Source: Candidatus Poribacteria bacterium
Lineage (GTDB): Bacteria > Poribacteria > WGA-4E > WGA-3G
NCBI GenBank assembly: GCA_963665235.2
Contig: CAXXLX010000001.1
Span: 2,400,001 to 2,464,000 of the forward strand
Direction of reading: 5' to 3'
DNA length: 64,000 bases
Below, in pieces: positions 52,366-62,509 of the stretch (position 1 is its first letter; every line of letters starts with the position of its first letter). The notes under the pieces were generated by a model that was not told the DNA's origin, made no database searches, and was given only the letters and a program-made list of their open reading frames with translations. The translations under genes and the position numbers were made by a program.

Positions 52366-54045
52366 ATGTTTAAAAAATTAGTATCGATAAGCTTTATTGT
52401 TTTTGTGCTATCTCTATTTCTGTGGGAACCCAACGTATCTTTTGCTGATGAATCAGACGATAGAGCGATAGATGCCGCTATGGAGTTTGCAGAGAACAAA
52501 AGCAGAGATGTTGATCAAGAGATAAACAAATTGAAAATCCTGAAGGATGCTATGGACCTAATGATAAGTGAATGGGAGGGCAACAAGTCTGACATTGTGA
52601 ACGGTATAGAGCTAACGCTTGCCGGTGCGTTGGGGACAACTGCCTCCGCTGCCGTTAACGTTTTCTCCGGAGGGACACTCAGCATAACGACAAAGACCGC
52701 TGCCTTATTCACCTTGAAGAAGGCAATAGATGTTGGACTGGCGATTACCGCACATTCGGGGTATGTAGAGGCCATGGAAGCTGCTATCAACGCTGTGGAT
52801 TCGCAAATTGAGATGGTTGAAAAAGCGAAAGTGGTTTACTCCGAGGTTTATGACGACGACCCAAATACTTACAATGGCGCGTATGAAAGGTATTTAAATC
52901 GTCTCGCTGCACATACGGGTTGGACTGCAGAGGATATCGATGAACGTGTGAACACTTCTGATATAGATGACGATAAATTCCCACACAAAAAGAGTGTGAC
53001 ACCGAGCCATAAGCACTTTGGCGATGAGCGAAATGAGTTTGTGTATGAAGATCTTCCTTCTGATTATGAGTGTGACGGTCCCTGCTCTGACCTGTTCCGG
53101 TCACCACATAAAGCCTTCGCTGCACACCGCACAAAATGCGGCACCGAGATGGATGTTGATATAGCATCTATACGGTCAATGTCCTCTGGCGGAAAAACGT
53201 CAATAGCCCAAGAGCCTGGCGTGCCGACAACACCTATGTTTGCCCAGGAGATTCTTGACACTCGCACCGCGGAACAGGGCTGCGGTCGTAACTACTACGA
53301 TTGCCCAAGTGCCCCTGACACAGAACATAAGGTGCGGACTTGCAACAAGTGGATTTGGAAGAAGCGGTACGTGGACACTGCAATTAGGAAAGTGCGGGTT
53401 ATGCACTGTGGTGACTCCTACCGACGCTGCATGGCGCATAAGCGCGAGCATGGTTCTTCATGGTGGGAAACCAAGCATGACGATGATGCCTCTGATGCTA
53501 ATAAGCAAGCCTATTCGTACGATGAAGCACCCAACCCCGAGCCTCCAGATACCATAAGCAACATTCAAGACCTCACCCCTAACTGCGATTCTTGCACAAA
53601 TGGATGTTCTGCTTGTCCCACTGCAGGGCCCTGCGGACACACCTATTCATCTGCTGAATTTACCTCACATGTGGCAACAATGTGTTATGAAACAGATGCT
53701 TATGGAAATTACTGCACTGCCACAGATATCTATGTGTGTCAGACGCATACCCACCAATACCCAACGGGCAAGTGTGGGCGAATTCCCTGCACTATTCCTG
53801 TGAGTTATGCAAATCAACATAAGTTGACGTGCATAAACGGACATACGTATTGGAGCTGTGTGAGTTGGCAGCATGAGCTGCACCGAACCCGAGATCCTTG
53901 CACCCGGAACAAATGGACACCCTGGGAGTGGAGTCCATCGCATAACAGAGAAGTGCGTTTCTGGCAAGCATGTGGGGAGACTTGGGCAAATTGTGACACT
54001 CGCTGTGAAGATGGAAATGGTGCCGTGGGACAGCATCAGGAGTAG
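52366..54045 (+). CDS. Secreted Cys/His-rich hypothetical protein
   Basis: Signal peptide ending SFA; helical N half; C half with many C-x-H and CxxC groups. Confidence 0.8.
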   Translation: MFKKLVSISFIVFVLSLFLWEPNVSFADESDDRAIDAAMEFAENKSRDVDQEINKLKILKDAMDLMISEWEGNKSDIVNGIELTLAGALGTTASAAVNVFSGGTLSITTKTAALFTLKKAIDVGLAITAHSGYVEAMEAAINAVDSQIEMVEKAKVVYSEVYDDDPNTYNGAYERYLNRLAAHTGWTAEDIDERVNTSDIDDDKFPHKKSVTPSHKHFGDERNEFVYEDLPSDYECDGPCSDLFRSPHKAFAAHRTKCGTEMDVDIASIRSMSSGGKTSIAQEPGVPTTPMFAQEILDTRTAEQGCGRNYYDCPSAPDTEHKVRTCNKWIWKKRYVDTAIRKVRVMHCGDSYRRCMAHKREHGSSWWETKHDDDASDANKQAYSYDEAPNPEPPDTISNIQDLTPNCDSCTNGCSACPTAGPCGHTYSSAEFTSHVATMCYETDAYGNYCTATDIYVCQTHTHQYPTGKCGRIPCTIPVSYANQHKLTCINGHTYWSCVSWQHELHRTRDPCTRNKWTPWEWSPSHNREVRFWQACGETWANCDTRCEDGNGAVGQHQE

Positions 54046-54078
54046 CTCCCCCTTTTCACACGACGGATTTTTTCACGA

Positions 54079-54116
54079 ATAGGCAGGTATTCCTATAAGG
54101 GATGCCTGCCTATTTT
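54079..54116 (+). terminator. Intrinsic terminator-like hairpin
   Basis: ataggcagg..cctgcctat followed by ttt, downstream of the secreted protein and convergent with degP. Confidence 0.6.
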
Positions 54117-54325
54117 GCAATTCAGAAAAAAGATTGCTTCACTTCCATCCTTCCATTTCTCCCTTCTCCTTTTGCCAAAAAGGTTGTAGGAAGGAGGGAA
54201 GAATGAAAGGACAGCTCTTCGCCTAATTGAAACGTTTAGGCGCGCCTGCAAAGCGCGCCTACAAATACAAAGGGGAAACCTACGAAATTGACACCCATGG
54301 GTAGATATTGTAACCCGATAGGATT

Positions 54326-55900
54326 TTATCGGTCGTTTGAATTAATCTTTAGCGTTACATAATTCCCGCGGTCATTCGAATCCTTAACATAAACGAGGGC
54401 CAATTTTTCGTTGCTTTCTTTCAGCTTTTGGACGACTGCCTCGTAGTCTTTCATGTTTTCAATGGGGTTATAATCTATCTCCTTGATAAGATATCCCATT
54501 TGGATTCCCTGTTCTGCTGCGGGGCTCTCCGGCTCAATATGTGTGACAATAACCCCTGTTTGGTCTTTGTGAGCGTAACGTTTGGCGAGTTCGGGGGTCA
54601 ATTTTTGAACCTGCATTCCTGCAAATGCTTCCGTTTCTGGGAGTTCTTGAGGTACGACATAATCGGGGTCGACAGCAGTTCGAAAATTTGCCAGGGCTTC
54701 TTCAGTTCGTTCCTCTAATTTAACGGTGAAATGTTTCTCTTTTCCGTTCCGGAGGACTTTTATTTGGACAGATGTGCCAGCCGCTGTTGCACCGATAGTA
54801 TACATCAAATGGTATAAATCTCGAATAGGTTTCCCATCAAATTCGAGGATAACGTCGCCATGTCGGATACCCCCCTTTTCAGCCGGACTATTCGGACCTA
54901 CGGTAGTGACAAATACACCGCGTGGCTCACCAAGTTTCAGTTTTTCTGCTAAATCGTGGTTAACCGAAGCCATTGAGATTCCGAGCCAGCCGCGGACGAT
55001 TTCCCCATTTTCGATCAGCTGTGGTAAAAGGTCCCGGGCTATATTGCTCGGAATTGCAAAGCCAATCCCTATATTTCCATACCTGAGTCCATCGAGAGCA
55101 ATTAAGGTATTAATACCGACCAATTCGCCTCGTATGTTAATCAGCGCGCCGCCGCTGTTTCCTTGATTAATCGGTGCATCGGTTTGTATGAAGTTCCCGT
55201 ACTTAATACTGGCACTGGGTCGATTTTTCGCGCTTACGATACCCCGCGTCACAGTTTGTGAGAGGTTAAGCGGGGTGCCAATAGCAATAACCCACTCCCC
55301 GACTTGAAGTCTATCTGAGTCGCCGAACGGAAGGGCGGGCAGTCCCTTCTCATCAATTTTAAGCACAGCCAAATCTGTACCGCTCACATCTGTACCAGCA
55401 GGGTCGCGGCCCACCAAGTCCGCTTCATAATTTCGTCCGTTTGCGAGGGTGACAGTAATTTTTTCTGCACCTTCAATAACGTGGTTATTTGTAAGGACAT
55501 AGCCATCATCGCTAACAATAACCCCGGAGCCGACCCCTCTCGTCAATCTTCTCGGGGTCTCTGGCATGCGGTCCCTAAAAAGTTCGAACCATTCATCGCC
55601 GAAGAACCGTCTGAATTCTTCACCTTCTATTCTGAGCCGCTCGGTTCTTCTGGCTATGGTTTCAATTTGCACAATAGATGGGCGCGTTCGCGCTACGAGA
55701 TTAATGAATGCACGATTGGCACGTTCTAAGTACTGAAAATCTTCTGATTCTTGAGGTGTTTCGTTTGTTTCGCCGATTGCGGTTTGCACTGTGAACTTAT
55801 CTGGACCCCGGTCAATAAAAAGTCCTGCTGCGACAACAAGTCCAACTAAAACCAAAAGTATCACGCTATACCTGTAAAGTTTGGGTCTAAATTTTGACAT
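54326..55900 (-). CDS. degP: Do/DegQ family serine endoprotease with two PDZ domains
   Basis: GSGVIV..LTNNHV, TDLAVLK, IQTDAPINQGNSGG, two PDZ domains. Confidence 0.93.
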   Translation of the reverse strand: MSKFRPKLYRYSVILLVLVGLVVAAGLFIDRGPDKFTVQTAIGETNETPQESEDFQYLERANRAFINLVARTRPSIVQIETIARRTERLRIEGEEFRRFFGDEWFELFRDRMPETPRRLTRGVGSGVIVSDDGYVLTNNHVIEGAEKITVTLANGRNYEADLVGRDPAGTDVSGTDLAVLKIDEKGLPALPFGDSDRLQVGEWVIAIGTPLNLSQTVTRGIVSAKNRPSASIKYGNFIQTDAPINQGNSGGALINIRGELVGINTLIALDGLRYGNIGIGFAIPSNIARDLLPQLIENGEIVRGWLGISMASVNHDLAEKLKLGEPRGVFVTTVGPNSPAEKGGIRHGDVILEFDGKPIRDLYHLMYTIGATAAGTSVQIKVLRNGKEKHFTVKLEERTEEALANFRTAVDPDYVVPQELPETEAFAGMQVQKLTPELAKRYAHKDQTGVIVTHIEPESPAAEQGIQMGYLIKEIDYNPIENMKDYEAVVQKLKESNEKLALVYVKDSNDRGNYVTLKINSNDR

Positions 55901-56022
55901 CAGCTAAAACCTCCGTTTTAATTTTTCTGTTTGCACGTTTTTTAATTCTGGTATTTGCAATCTAAAAATACACCTATGCGTCAATAAAGTTGCAAAAAAA
56001 TTCTGTGTGTGAAAATGGCGTT

Positions 56023-56373
56023 TTATTTTTCTTGTGAAATTCGATTTACGTGTTCACGGACAATATCTTCTGGGCATAACCGGATGAATAGCCACGCGCC
56101 GGGCACCAAAATCAACAAAACGGCGATGACCAAATCATCTACGCGTCCAATCGGAAAAGGAAGAAAATCGAAATCGAGCGGATACACAAAGTATGCAATA
56201 GCAAGTGCTCCGGCAAGGATTTGGGCAACTATGAAAATCGCCTTCCGATAAATAGGGACGCGCTCGTCTTGGAAAAGCCGCCACGTCAGCCGGACGAAGT
56301 TCGGAAGATGCAAAAGGATACGTAAAAAGCGAAATGTGCCTCGCCCTTTACTGCCAAAGAAAAAAGAATTCAT
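56023..56373 (-). CDS. DUF1232/YkvA-like membrane protein
   Basis: LFQDERVP..K, YFVYPLDFDFLP..GRVDD. Confidence 0.8.
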   Translation of the reverse strand: MNSFFFGSKGRGTFRFLRILLHLPNFVRLTWRLFQDERVPIYRKAIFIVAQILAGALAIAYFVYPLDFDFLPFPIGRVDDLVIAVLLILVPGAWLFIRLCPEDIVREHVNRISQEK

Positions 56374-56631
56374 AACATTTTAATTTTACCAAAACGTTTC
56401 TTTATGTGCAAATCAAATTTTAGACGATTAGATCGGGGTGTAAAGTTTTTGGAGGCCCAAAGGATAGATAGAGGGCTGGAGACGTGGAAAGCCAGAATGA
56501 CGTGTCCGTTTTTCGGGGATATGCCACCGTTATAGGCCCTGCCTAAGTTTCGACCCTAAATAGCACTCCGTCATTTTACAAACGGTGGAGAGCTACAGGG
56601 ACCCAAGTTTAGACGATTGCAAAATTTCTGC

Positions 56632-56661
56632 TTGACACAGGGCTGGACTTTCTAATATACT
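56632..56661 (+). promoter_or_regulatory. Sigma70-like promoter TTGACA-18-TATACT
   Basis: Consensus hexamers upstream of 56700. Confidence 0.55.
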
Positions 56662-56699
56662 ATATCAGAAATAGTGTATGTTATGCAGAAGGAGAAATT

Positions 56700-57464
56700 A
56701 TGGCAACACAAATAGCAGCGCAGCTCTATACGCTTAGAGCATTCACGAAAACTGAGGCGGACATTGCGGAGACAATGAAAAAGGTTAAGCAGCTCGGTTA
56801 TGAAGCTGTGCAATGCTCAGCACTTGGTCCGATTGCCCCTGAGGCACTGAAAAACATTATTGATAACGAAGGTATCACGATTTGCGCTACGCACACAAGT
56901 TATGCACGGATGCGTGATGAACCGCAAGCGGTCATTGATGAACACCAATTGTGGGGGTGTAAACACGCTGCAATTGGGGGCATTCCGGGTGAATACCGTA
57001 GCGCAGAGGGGTATGCGAAATTTGCGAAAGAAGCTTCCGAAGTCGGCGCGCGTCTGGCTGAAGGGGGTTTAACCTTTTCCTATCACAACCACAGTTTTGA
57101 ATTGGAAGAGTTTGATGGGCGGACAGGATTAGACATCTTATACGAGGAAAGTGATCCGAAATATTTTCACAGTGAGCTTGACACGTATTGGATACAGCAC
57201 GGTGGGGGCGACCCCGCGGAATGGATTCGTAAACTAAAGGACCGCGCGGCGATTATCCATCTGAAGGATATGGTGGTCCACAGTTCTGAAACACGATTTG
57301 CCGAAGTCGGCGAAGGCATCCTTGATTGGAAAGCGATTTTAGAGGCGTGTCTATATTCTGGCGTTGAATGGTATATCGTTGAGCAGGATTCGTGCTATGA
57401 ACGTGACCCGTTTGAGAGTTTAGGCATTAGCCTCAGAAATTTGCAAGGGATGGGTCTTTCGTAG
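56700..57464 (+). CDS. Sugar phosphate isomerase/epimerase (xylose isomerase-like TIM barrel)
   Basis: AQLYTLR, YHNHSFE, ELDTYW, HLKD, EVGEG, IVEQD. Confidence 0.9.
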   Translation: MATQIAAQLYTLRAFTKTEADIAETMKKVKQLGYEAVQCSALGPIAPEALKNIIDNEGITICATHTSYARMRDEPQAVIDEHQLWGCKHAAIGGIPGEYRSAEGYAKFAKEASEVGARLAEGGLTFSYHNHSFELEEFDGRTGLDILYEESDPKYFHSELDTYWIQHGGGDPAEWIRKLKDRAAIIHLKDMVVHSSETRFAEVGEGILDWKAILEACLYSGVEWYIVEQDSCYERDPFESLGISLRNLQGMGLS

Positions 57465-57558
57465 TGCGCAAAGCATCTAAAAGTGAAATCTGGCGAGAGT
57501 TTCCATGTTGATATTCCGCCAGATTTCTCCCTTGAATCGGTGTAAGCAACTTTTTTAC

Positions 57559-57587
57559 TTGACTTTTCCTAAAATTTGTGCTATCAT
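57559..57587 (+). promoter_or_regulatory. Promoter of tRNA-Pro (TTGACT-17-TATCAT, extended TG)
   Basis: Consensus-like hexamers 21 bp before the tRNA. Confidence 0.6.
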
Positions 57588-57608
57588 TAAAAGGTAGTTA
57601 ATTTTTAA

Positions 57609-57682
57609 CGGGGCGTGGCGCAGCCCGGAAGCGCGCTTGAATGGGGTTCAAGAGGTCGCTGGTTCGAATCCAGTCGCCCCGA
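57609..57682 (+). tRNA. tRNA-Pro (GGG), CCA not encoded
   Basis: Acceptor CGGGGCG/CGCCCCG, D stem GCGC, anticodon stem CTTGA/TCAAG with loop ATGGGGT, T loop TTCGAAT. Confidence 0.95.
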
Positions 57683-57766
57683 CTTCTATAAGTAAAAAAG
57701 TTTTAATATCTATCCGTTGGACACTAAAGCTAGTGAAAACCGACACAAAAAGGGACAATTGCAATT

Positions 57767-59089
57767 GTGGGTAAGTCGTGTATTAATATAGGCATCTTAG
57801 GATGGGGTACAGTTGGCACGGGTGTTTCCAAAATTCTGATAAATCAGAGAACGCTCATCACGCAAAACAGTGGTATCCAGTTGCATCTAAAAAAAATAGT
57901 GAAACGGACCCTTCCGGCTTCGCGAGAAGGGGTTGTGCTACCGCCGGACTGTTTAACGACAGAGCCTGCGGCGGTTGTTGATAATCCGGATATTGATATT
58001 GTTGTGGAGCTCATCGGTGGGACTTCGGAGGCGCGTTCGCTCATAAGTCGCGCGCTTCGAAATGGGAAGCACGTTGTGACAGCGAACAAAGCCCTCTTGG
58101 CTGAGCATGGCGTGGAACTGTTCCAGTTAGCACAGGCACATCAGGTAAGTCTGAATTTTGAAGCGAGTGTGGCGGGCGGTATCCCGATTATCAAAACGCT
58201 TCAGGAGAGTTTCACCGCCAATCAGATTCAATCCGTTTACGGTATCGTCAATGGGACCTGTAATTACATCCTGACAGAGATGCATGAACATGCGGTTGAT
58301 TTTTCCGATGTGCTTGCTGCTGCGCAGGAGAAGGGTTATGCAGAAGCCGATCCGGCATTTGATGTTGAAGGAATTGATGCGGCTCAGAAACTGATTCTAC
58401 TCATCGCGCTTGCTTACCAACGGAATATTCCCCTTCAACAGGTGTATATTGAAGGTATCACCGCTATTACCCCGCAAGAGATACAGTATGCACGTGAATT
58501 GGGTTACGTTATCAAGCTGCTTGCGATAGCGAAGTTGTCAGAGGATGGCCGTGTAGAGGCCCGCGTGCATCCCACCCTTTTGCCGGAGCGGAGTCTTCTC
58601 GCGAACGTCAGTGGTGCATTTAATGCAGTTTGCGTTATCGGCGATGCGATTGGGCCGACGCTTTTTTACGGGCAGGGGGCTGGGGAGATGCCGACAGCAA
58701 GTGCGGTTGTTGCCGATATTATTGATGCAGCGAAATCTATAGAACAGCAGGTGAATCCTGTGATTTCGCAAGCATGGTTTTCCGATGCCGATGCTGAGGT
58801 GGCTGTGAGCGCAATTGACGACATTGAAACCCGTTATTATCTTCGTTTTGTTGTTATCGATCGACCGGGAGTTTTGGCGAGAATCGGTACTATTTTGGGA
58901 AACTGTGAGATTAGCATCGCTTCCGTGATACAAAAGGAATCGCATTGTACCGATACGGTGCCGCTTGTTATGTTGACACACAAAGCGCGTGAAAAGAATA
59001 TGAAGATGGCACTTGACCAAATTTACACACTTGAAGACGTTAAGGGGACTGCGCATCTTATCAGAATTGAAGAAGAGGTTGCCTTTTAG
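57767..59089 (+). CDS. hom: Homoserine dehydrogenase with ACT domain
   Basis: GWGTVG, VVTANKA, FEASVAGGIP, GIVNGTCNYIL, GYAEADP..DVEG.DAA.K, DRPGVLA. Confidence 0.96.
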   Translation: MGKSCINIGILGWGTVGTGVSKILINQRTLITQNSGIQLHLKKIVKRTLPASREGVVLPPDCLTTEPAAVVDNPDIDIVVELIGGTSEARSLISRALRNGKHVVTANKALLAEHGVELFQLAQAHQVSLNFEASVAGGIPIIKTLQESFTANQIQSVYGIVNGTCNYILTEMHEHAVDFSDVLAAAQEKGYAEADPAFDVEGIDAAQKLILLIALAYQRNIPLQQVYIEGITAITPQEIQYARELGYVIKLLAIAKLSEDGRVEARVHPTLLPERSLLANVSGAFNAVCVIGDAIGPTLFYGQGAGEMPTASAVVADIIDAAKSIEQQVNPVISQAWFSDADAEVAVSAIDDIETRYYLRFVVIDRPGVLARIGTILGNCEISIASVIQKESHCTDTVPLVMLTHKAREKNMKMALDQIYTLEDVKGTAHLIRIEEEVAF

Positions 59090-59125
59090 ACCGCCCGGGC
59101 AGGACCATGAAGGGTCTTGCTTAAC

Positions 59126-60535
59126 AATCCCAATGCTTTAGCGTTGGGTCCGACCCGTGTGTCTCGTGCAGCAGCGAAAACAGTTGACATGGGATATATC
59201 CCTGTGGTGTACTTATAGGACTGCCTCAGCGGCGGAGCGGTTACTCTGTCTCCGCCTTCACCGAGGCGAGTCAGCAACCTAACAGGAGTTCAGACGATGC
59301 CATACAAAACCCATAAGATTGCCTTAGCTCCGACTTTTAAGCAGCGGCGTTGGTTTAGCGCGCAATGCGGTTATGCCCGTTTTGCCTATAATATGGGTCT
59401 GACTGATTTTAAAGCGCATTTAGCTGAGGATACCTTCTTATCTACTTTCACGCTAAACACTCGTTTCAATGAGAAAAAGCGAGCGTATGATTGGACCTCA
59501 GCGCAAGATCAGCGTGCGGCTCTGTATGCTATCGACAATTTAGGGGCTGCCATCAAGAATTGGACTGATAACGGTTCAGGCTTTCCGCGTTTCAAAAAGC
59601 GTGGCAGTCGTCAATCCTACACGACAGACGAGCAATCGGTGAGAGTTGAAGGCAAACGGATTAGGTTGCCTAAAATAGGTTGGGTAAAGACGTTTCAGGA
59701 ATTACGGTTTGTAGGCAAAATCATAAAAGTGACCATAAGTCGCACGGCGCATCGTTGGTTCGTCTCTATCACCGTTAAAGTGGAGGACACCGAAGCTGTT
59801 GATGTATCAACACACCCCATAATCGGTATAGATGTCGGTATTAACACGTTAGCGACGTGTTCAGATGGGACGCGATATGAGAACCCGAGGCCTTTGAAAC
59901 GGTATGAGCGAAAGTTAGCCTGTGCCCAACGAAAGTTGAGCCGCCAAGTGCCGCAGTCTAAGAATTGGTTCAAGCAGAAGCGGATCGTTGAACGTATCCA
60001 CTATAAAGTCACCTCTATCCGCTGCGATGCGCACCAGAAAGCCAGCACGGATATTGTCAATCGTGCGTCAGGCATTGTTATTGAAACGCTAAAAGTGTCT
60101 AACCTGCTAAAGAATAGCAAACTTGCTAAAGCACTGAGTGATAGTGCCTTAGGCGGGTTCCTATCGCTGCTAAAGACCAAAGCCGAGGCACGCCGTATCC
60201 CTGTAACCGAAGCCTGCCAGTTCTTTGCATCCAGTAAGACGTGTAGCAGCTGCGGCCATAAGAAAACAGATTTAACATTATCCGATAGAACAGTATTCGG
60301 GCAAGCAGCCCGCTCTTCCATTGCAGTGTATGCCAATATAGAGCAGATAGAGACCTCAACGCTGCAATCAACTTGAGAAACCTCGCGGTAGGATATACCG
60401 AGAGCCTAAACGCCTGTGGAGCGCAAGTAAGACCTCAACCCACTTCTGTTTTTCAGAAGGAGGCACGAGACGCGGAAGCAGGAATCACATAGGAGGGTCG
60501 ATGTGCTAAAAGAAGCACACGGAGACCTCAGCCGT
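59126..60535 (+). mobile_element. Non-autonomous tnpB element (IS200/IS605 or IS607 type), boundaries approximate
   Basis: Left hairpin cccaatgctttagcgttggg; tnpB; 3' region gcctgtggagcg..gtaagacc..gaagcaggaa typical of tnpB right-end RNA; no tnpA; between hom and yceD. Confidence 0.65.
59297..60492 (+). CDS. tnpB: RNA-guided endonuclease TnpB, frameshifted by a 23-nt insertion near 60292
   Basis: ARFAYN.GL, GFPRFKK, LPKIGWV, RuvC-I GIDVGI, RuvC-II VIETL, SSKTCSSCG; FHCSVC..DRDLNAAINL in a shifted frame. Confidence 0.9.
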
Positions 60536-60536
60536 A

Positions 60537-61169
60537 GTGAGTATCACAGACACGTTAACTTTTGACGTAAGACACATTCATGATGGGCACTTCAATGTAT
60601 ATGACGTAGAAGTTCCCGCATCGTTTCTTGAGTTCAACTTTGAAGATACGCGATTTATTACCGCGGTCTCCGGCACTGTTGCGCTGCTACGATATAACGA
60701 GGATAATGTCTATGTCAAAGCTGACGTAACCGCGGGCATCGAAATGCAATGCGGCAAATGCCTTGAACCCTTTAAAACGGACATTAACGCGACGTTTGAG
60801 TTGCAATTCTGCCCCGAAACAGGGGACAAAACGATTGACCCTGAGGGGGTAGAAGGTGGCGAACGCTGTTACGATGGTGAAACGTTTGACATATCTGACG
60901 ATGCACGCCAAGCCCTCGTTGTACAGGTACCCATTTGGCCGCTCTGCGGACAGACGTGTGAAGGGTTATGTACTGGATGTGGTGTAAATCTGAATGACGC
61001 AGCATGCACCTGTCCGGACTCCGATAATGCTGTGCTAAATGTGCAGGATACGCATTCCCCTTTTGCGGAACTTTCGCAAATGTTAGCGGAGACACGATTA
61101 GAGAAAGAACTTGAACCCCAAAACTGTAGTAAGGAGGTTGCCCCGAGAAATGGCACACCCAAAACGTAG
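60537..61169 (+). CDS. yceD: DUF177/YceD protein
   Basis: CGKCLEPF, PLCGQTCEGLCTGCGVNLN..CTC, PFAEL; upstream of rpmF. Confidence 0.88.
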   Translation: MSITDTLTFDVRHIHDGHFNVYDVEVPASFLEFNFEDTRFITAVSGTVALLRYNEDNVYVKADVTAGIEMQCGKCLEPFKTDINATFELQFCPETGDKTIDPEGVEGGERCYDGETFDISDDARQALVVQVPIWPLCGQTCEGLCTGCGVNLNDAACTCPDSDNAVLNVQDTHSPFAELSQMLAETRLEKELEPQNCSKEVAPRNGTPKT

Positions 61170-61335
61170 AACATCAAAATCCAAAAAAAGAATGCGGAGA
61201 AGTCATCATGCGCTCCGAAACAAGGTTATCACCGATTGCTCATATTGTGGAGAGATGATGGTGTCGCACCGAGTCTGTGTTCACTGTGGGCAGTATAAAG
61301 GGCGGTCGGTGCTAAAGTCTACAGAGACTTTGTAG
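61150..61335 (+). CDS. rpmF: 50S ribosomal protein L32
   Basis: MAHPKRRTSKSKKRMRRSH..CSYCG..HRVCVHCGQYKGR; RBS aaggagg. Confidence 0.95.
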   Translation: MAHPKRRTSKSKKRMRRSHHALRNKVITDCSYCGEMMVSHRVCVHCGQYKGRSVLKSTETL

Positions 61336-61360
61336 AAACAGCAAAGAAGGATACTTTAGC

Positions 61361-62350
61361 ATGACTCGATATGCAGCAATTACAGGAACGGGTGCTTACC
61401 TACCTGAGACCGTTTTAACTAACTTTGAACTTGAAAAAATGGTAGATACGAGCGATGAATGGATTCGGCAACGCACCGGGATTGCTGAGCGGCGCATCGC
61501 GGAGGAGCATGTTGCTACCTCAGACCTTAGCGTGCACGCTGCCCGATGGGCTATTAAAAGTGCACAAATTGATCCGCTTGACATTGAAATGATCCTCGTC
61601 GCTACCGTGACACCGGATACGTTTTTTCCTTCAACCGCTTGCTATGTCCAAAAAGGCATCGGCGCGAAAAACGCCGCCGCCATGGATATATCTGCAGCAT
61701 GTGCAGGATTTCTCTATGGACTTGACTTAGCGGATGGTTTGGTTAAATCCGGAAAATATGACACGATTCTTGTTGTCGGCGGAGAAGTTTTTAACAAAAT
61801 TATCGACTGGGACGATAGAAGTACTTGTGTACTCTTTGGCGATGGGGCAGGAGCCGCTATCGTTCAGGCAACTGATGAACCGAAAGGTATCCTCGCATCT
61901 TACATCGGCTCTGATGGAGATTATGCGGACATCGATTTACTCGGTATCCCCGCAGGCGGTTCAAGAATGCCTATCACAGCAGAGGCTATCGACCAAAAAC
62001 TCGATAAGATTCAGATGAATGGACGGGAAGTCTTCAAACTCGGCGTTCGACTCATGCCCGAAGCCGCACAACGCGTGCTACACAAAGCAAATATCACCGT
62101 CGAAGATATTGACCTGTTAATACCGCATCAAGCGAACTTGCGTATCATTGAAGCTGTCGGACAGAGGCTCGGCGTACCCCGGGAAAAGGTTTACGTTAAC
62201 GTTGACAAATACGGTAACACCTCTGCAGCAACGGTAATCATCGCGCTGGATGAAGCTATTCGTGAGGGACGCGCAAAACCGGGGGACCTCATTCTACTCG
62301 TAACTTTCGGTGCAGGTTTGACGTGGGGAAGTACGCTCTTACGCTTGTAA
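61361..62350 (+). CDS. fabH: 3-oxoacyl-ACP synthase III
   Basis: DTSDEWI..RTGI, AACAGF, LFGDGAGA, PHQANLRII, GNTSAA, FGAGLTWG. Confidence 0.96.
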   Translation: MTRYAAITGTGAYLPETVLTNFELEKMVDTSDEWIRQRTGIAERRIAEEHVATSDLSVHAARWAIKSAQIDPLDIEMILVATVTPDTFFPSTACYVQKGIGAKNAAAMDISAACAGFLYGLDLADGLVKSGKYDTILVVGGEVFNKIIDWDDRSTCVLFGDGAGAAIVQATDEPKGILASYIGSDGDYADIDLLGIPAGGSRMPITAEAIDQKLDKIQMNGREVFKLGVRLMPEAAQRVLHKANITVEDIDLLIPHQANLRIIEAVGQRLGVPREKVYVNVDKYGNTSAATVIIALDEAIREGRAKPGDLILLVTFGAGLTWGSTLLRL

Positions 62351-62509
62351 ATTAGTTATCAAGATTGAAAAATTAACACATTTCGTGTATAATTTTAAAT
62401 AGGTATACGGTTGTAATTGTTCGACACTTAACAGAGAAAACCGTAAAAAGACTTCCGACAGGTTTTGGAAGAAAACGGGCTGGCAGAAATATAGCACACA
62501 CGAATAAAA

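Noticed and set aside
56418-56617. Insertion flanked by direct repeat tttagacgatt
   Set aside because: No convincing terminal inverted repeats or second full copy in the window; only a short ggtgtaaagttttt motif shared with 7208 and 45955
57609-57682. tRNA-Pro as an integration site of an island
   Set aside because: No integrase and no duplicated tRNA 3' end seen in the window
59090-60535. IStron (group I intron plus tnpB)
   Set aside because: The element is intergenic and the ~200-nt leader is too short and lacks a recognisable group I core
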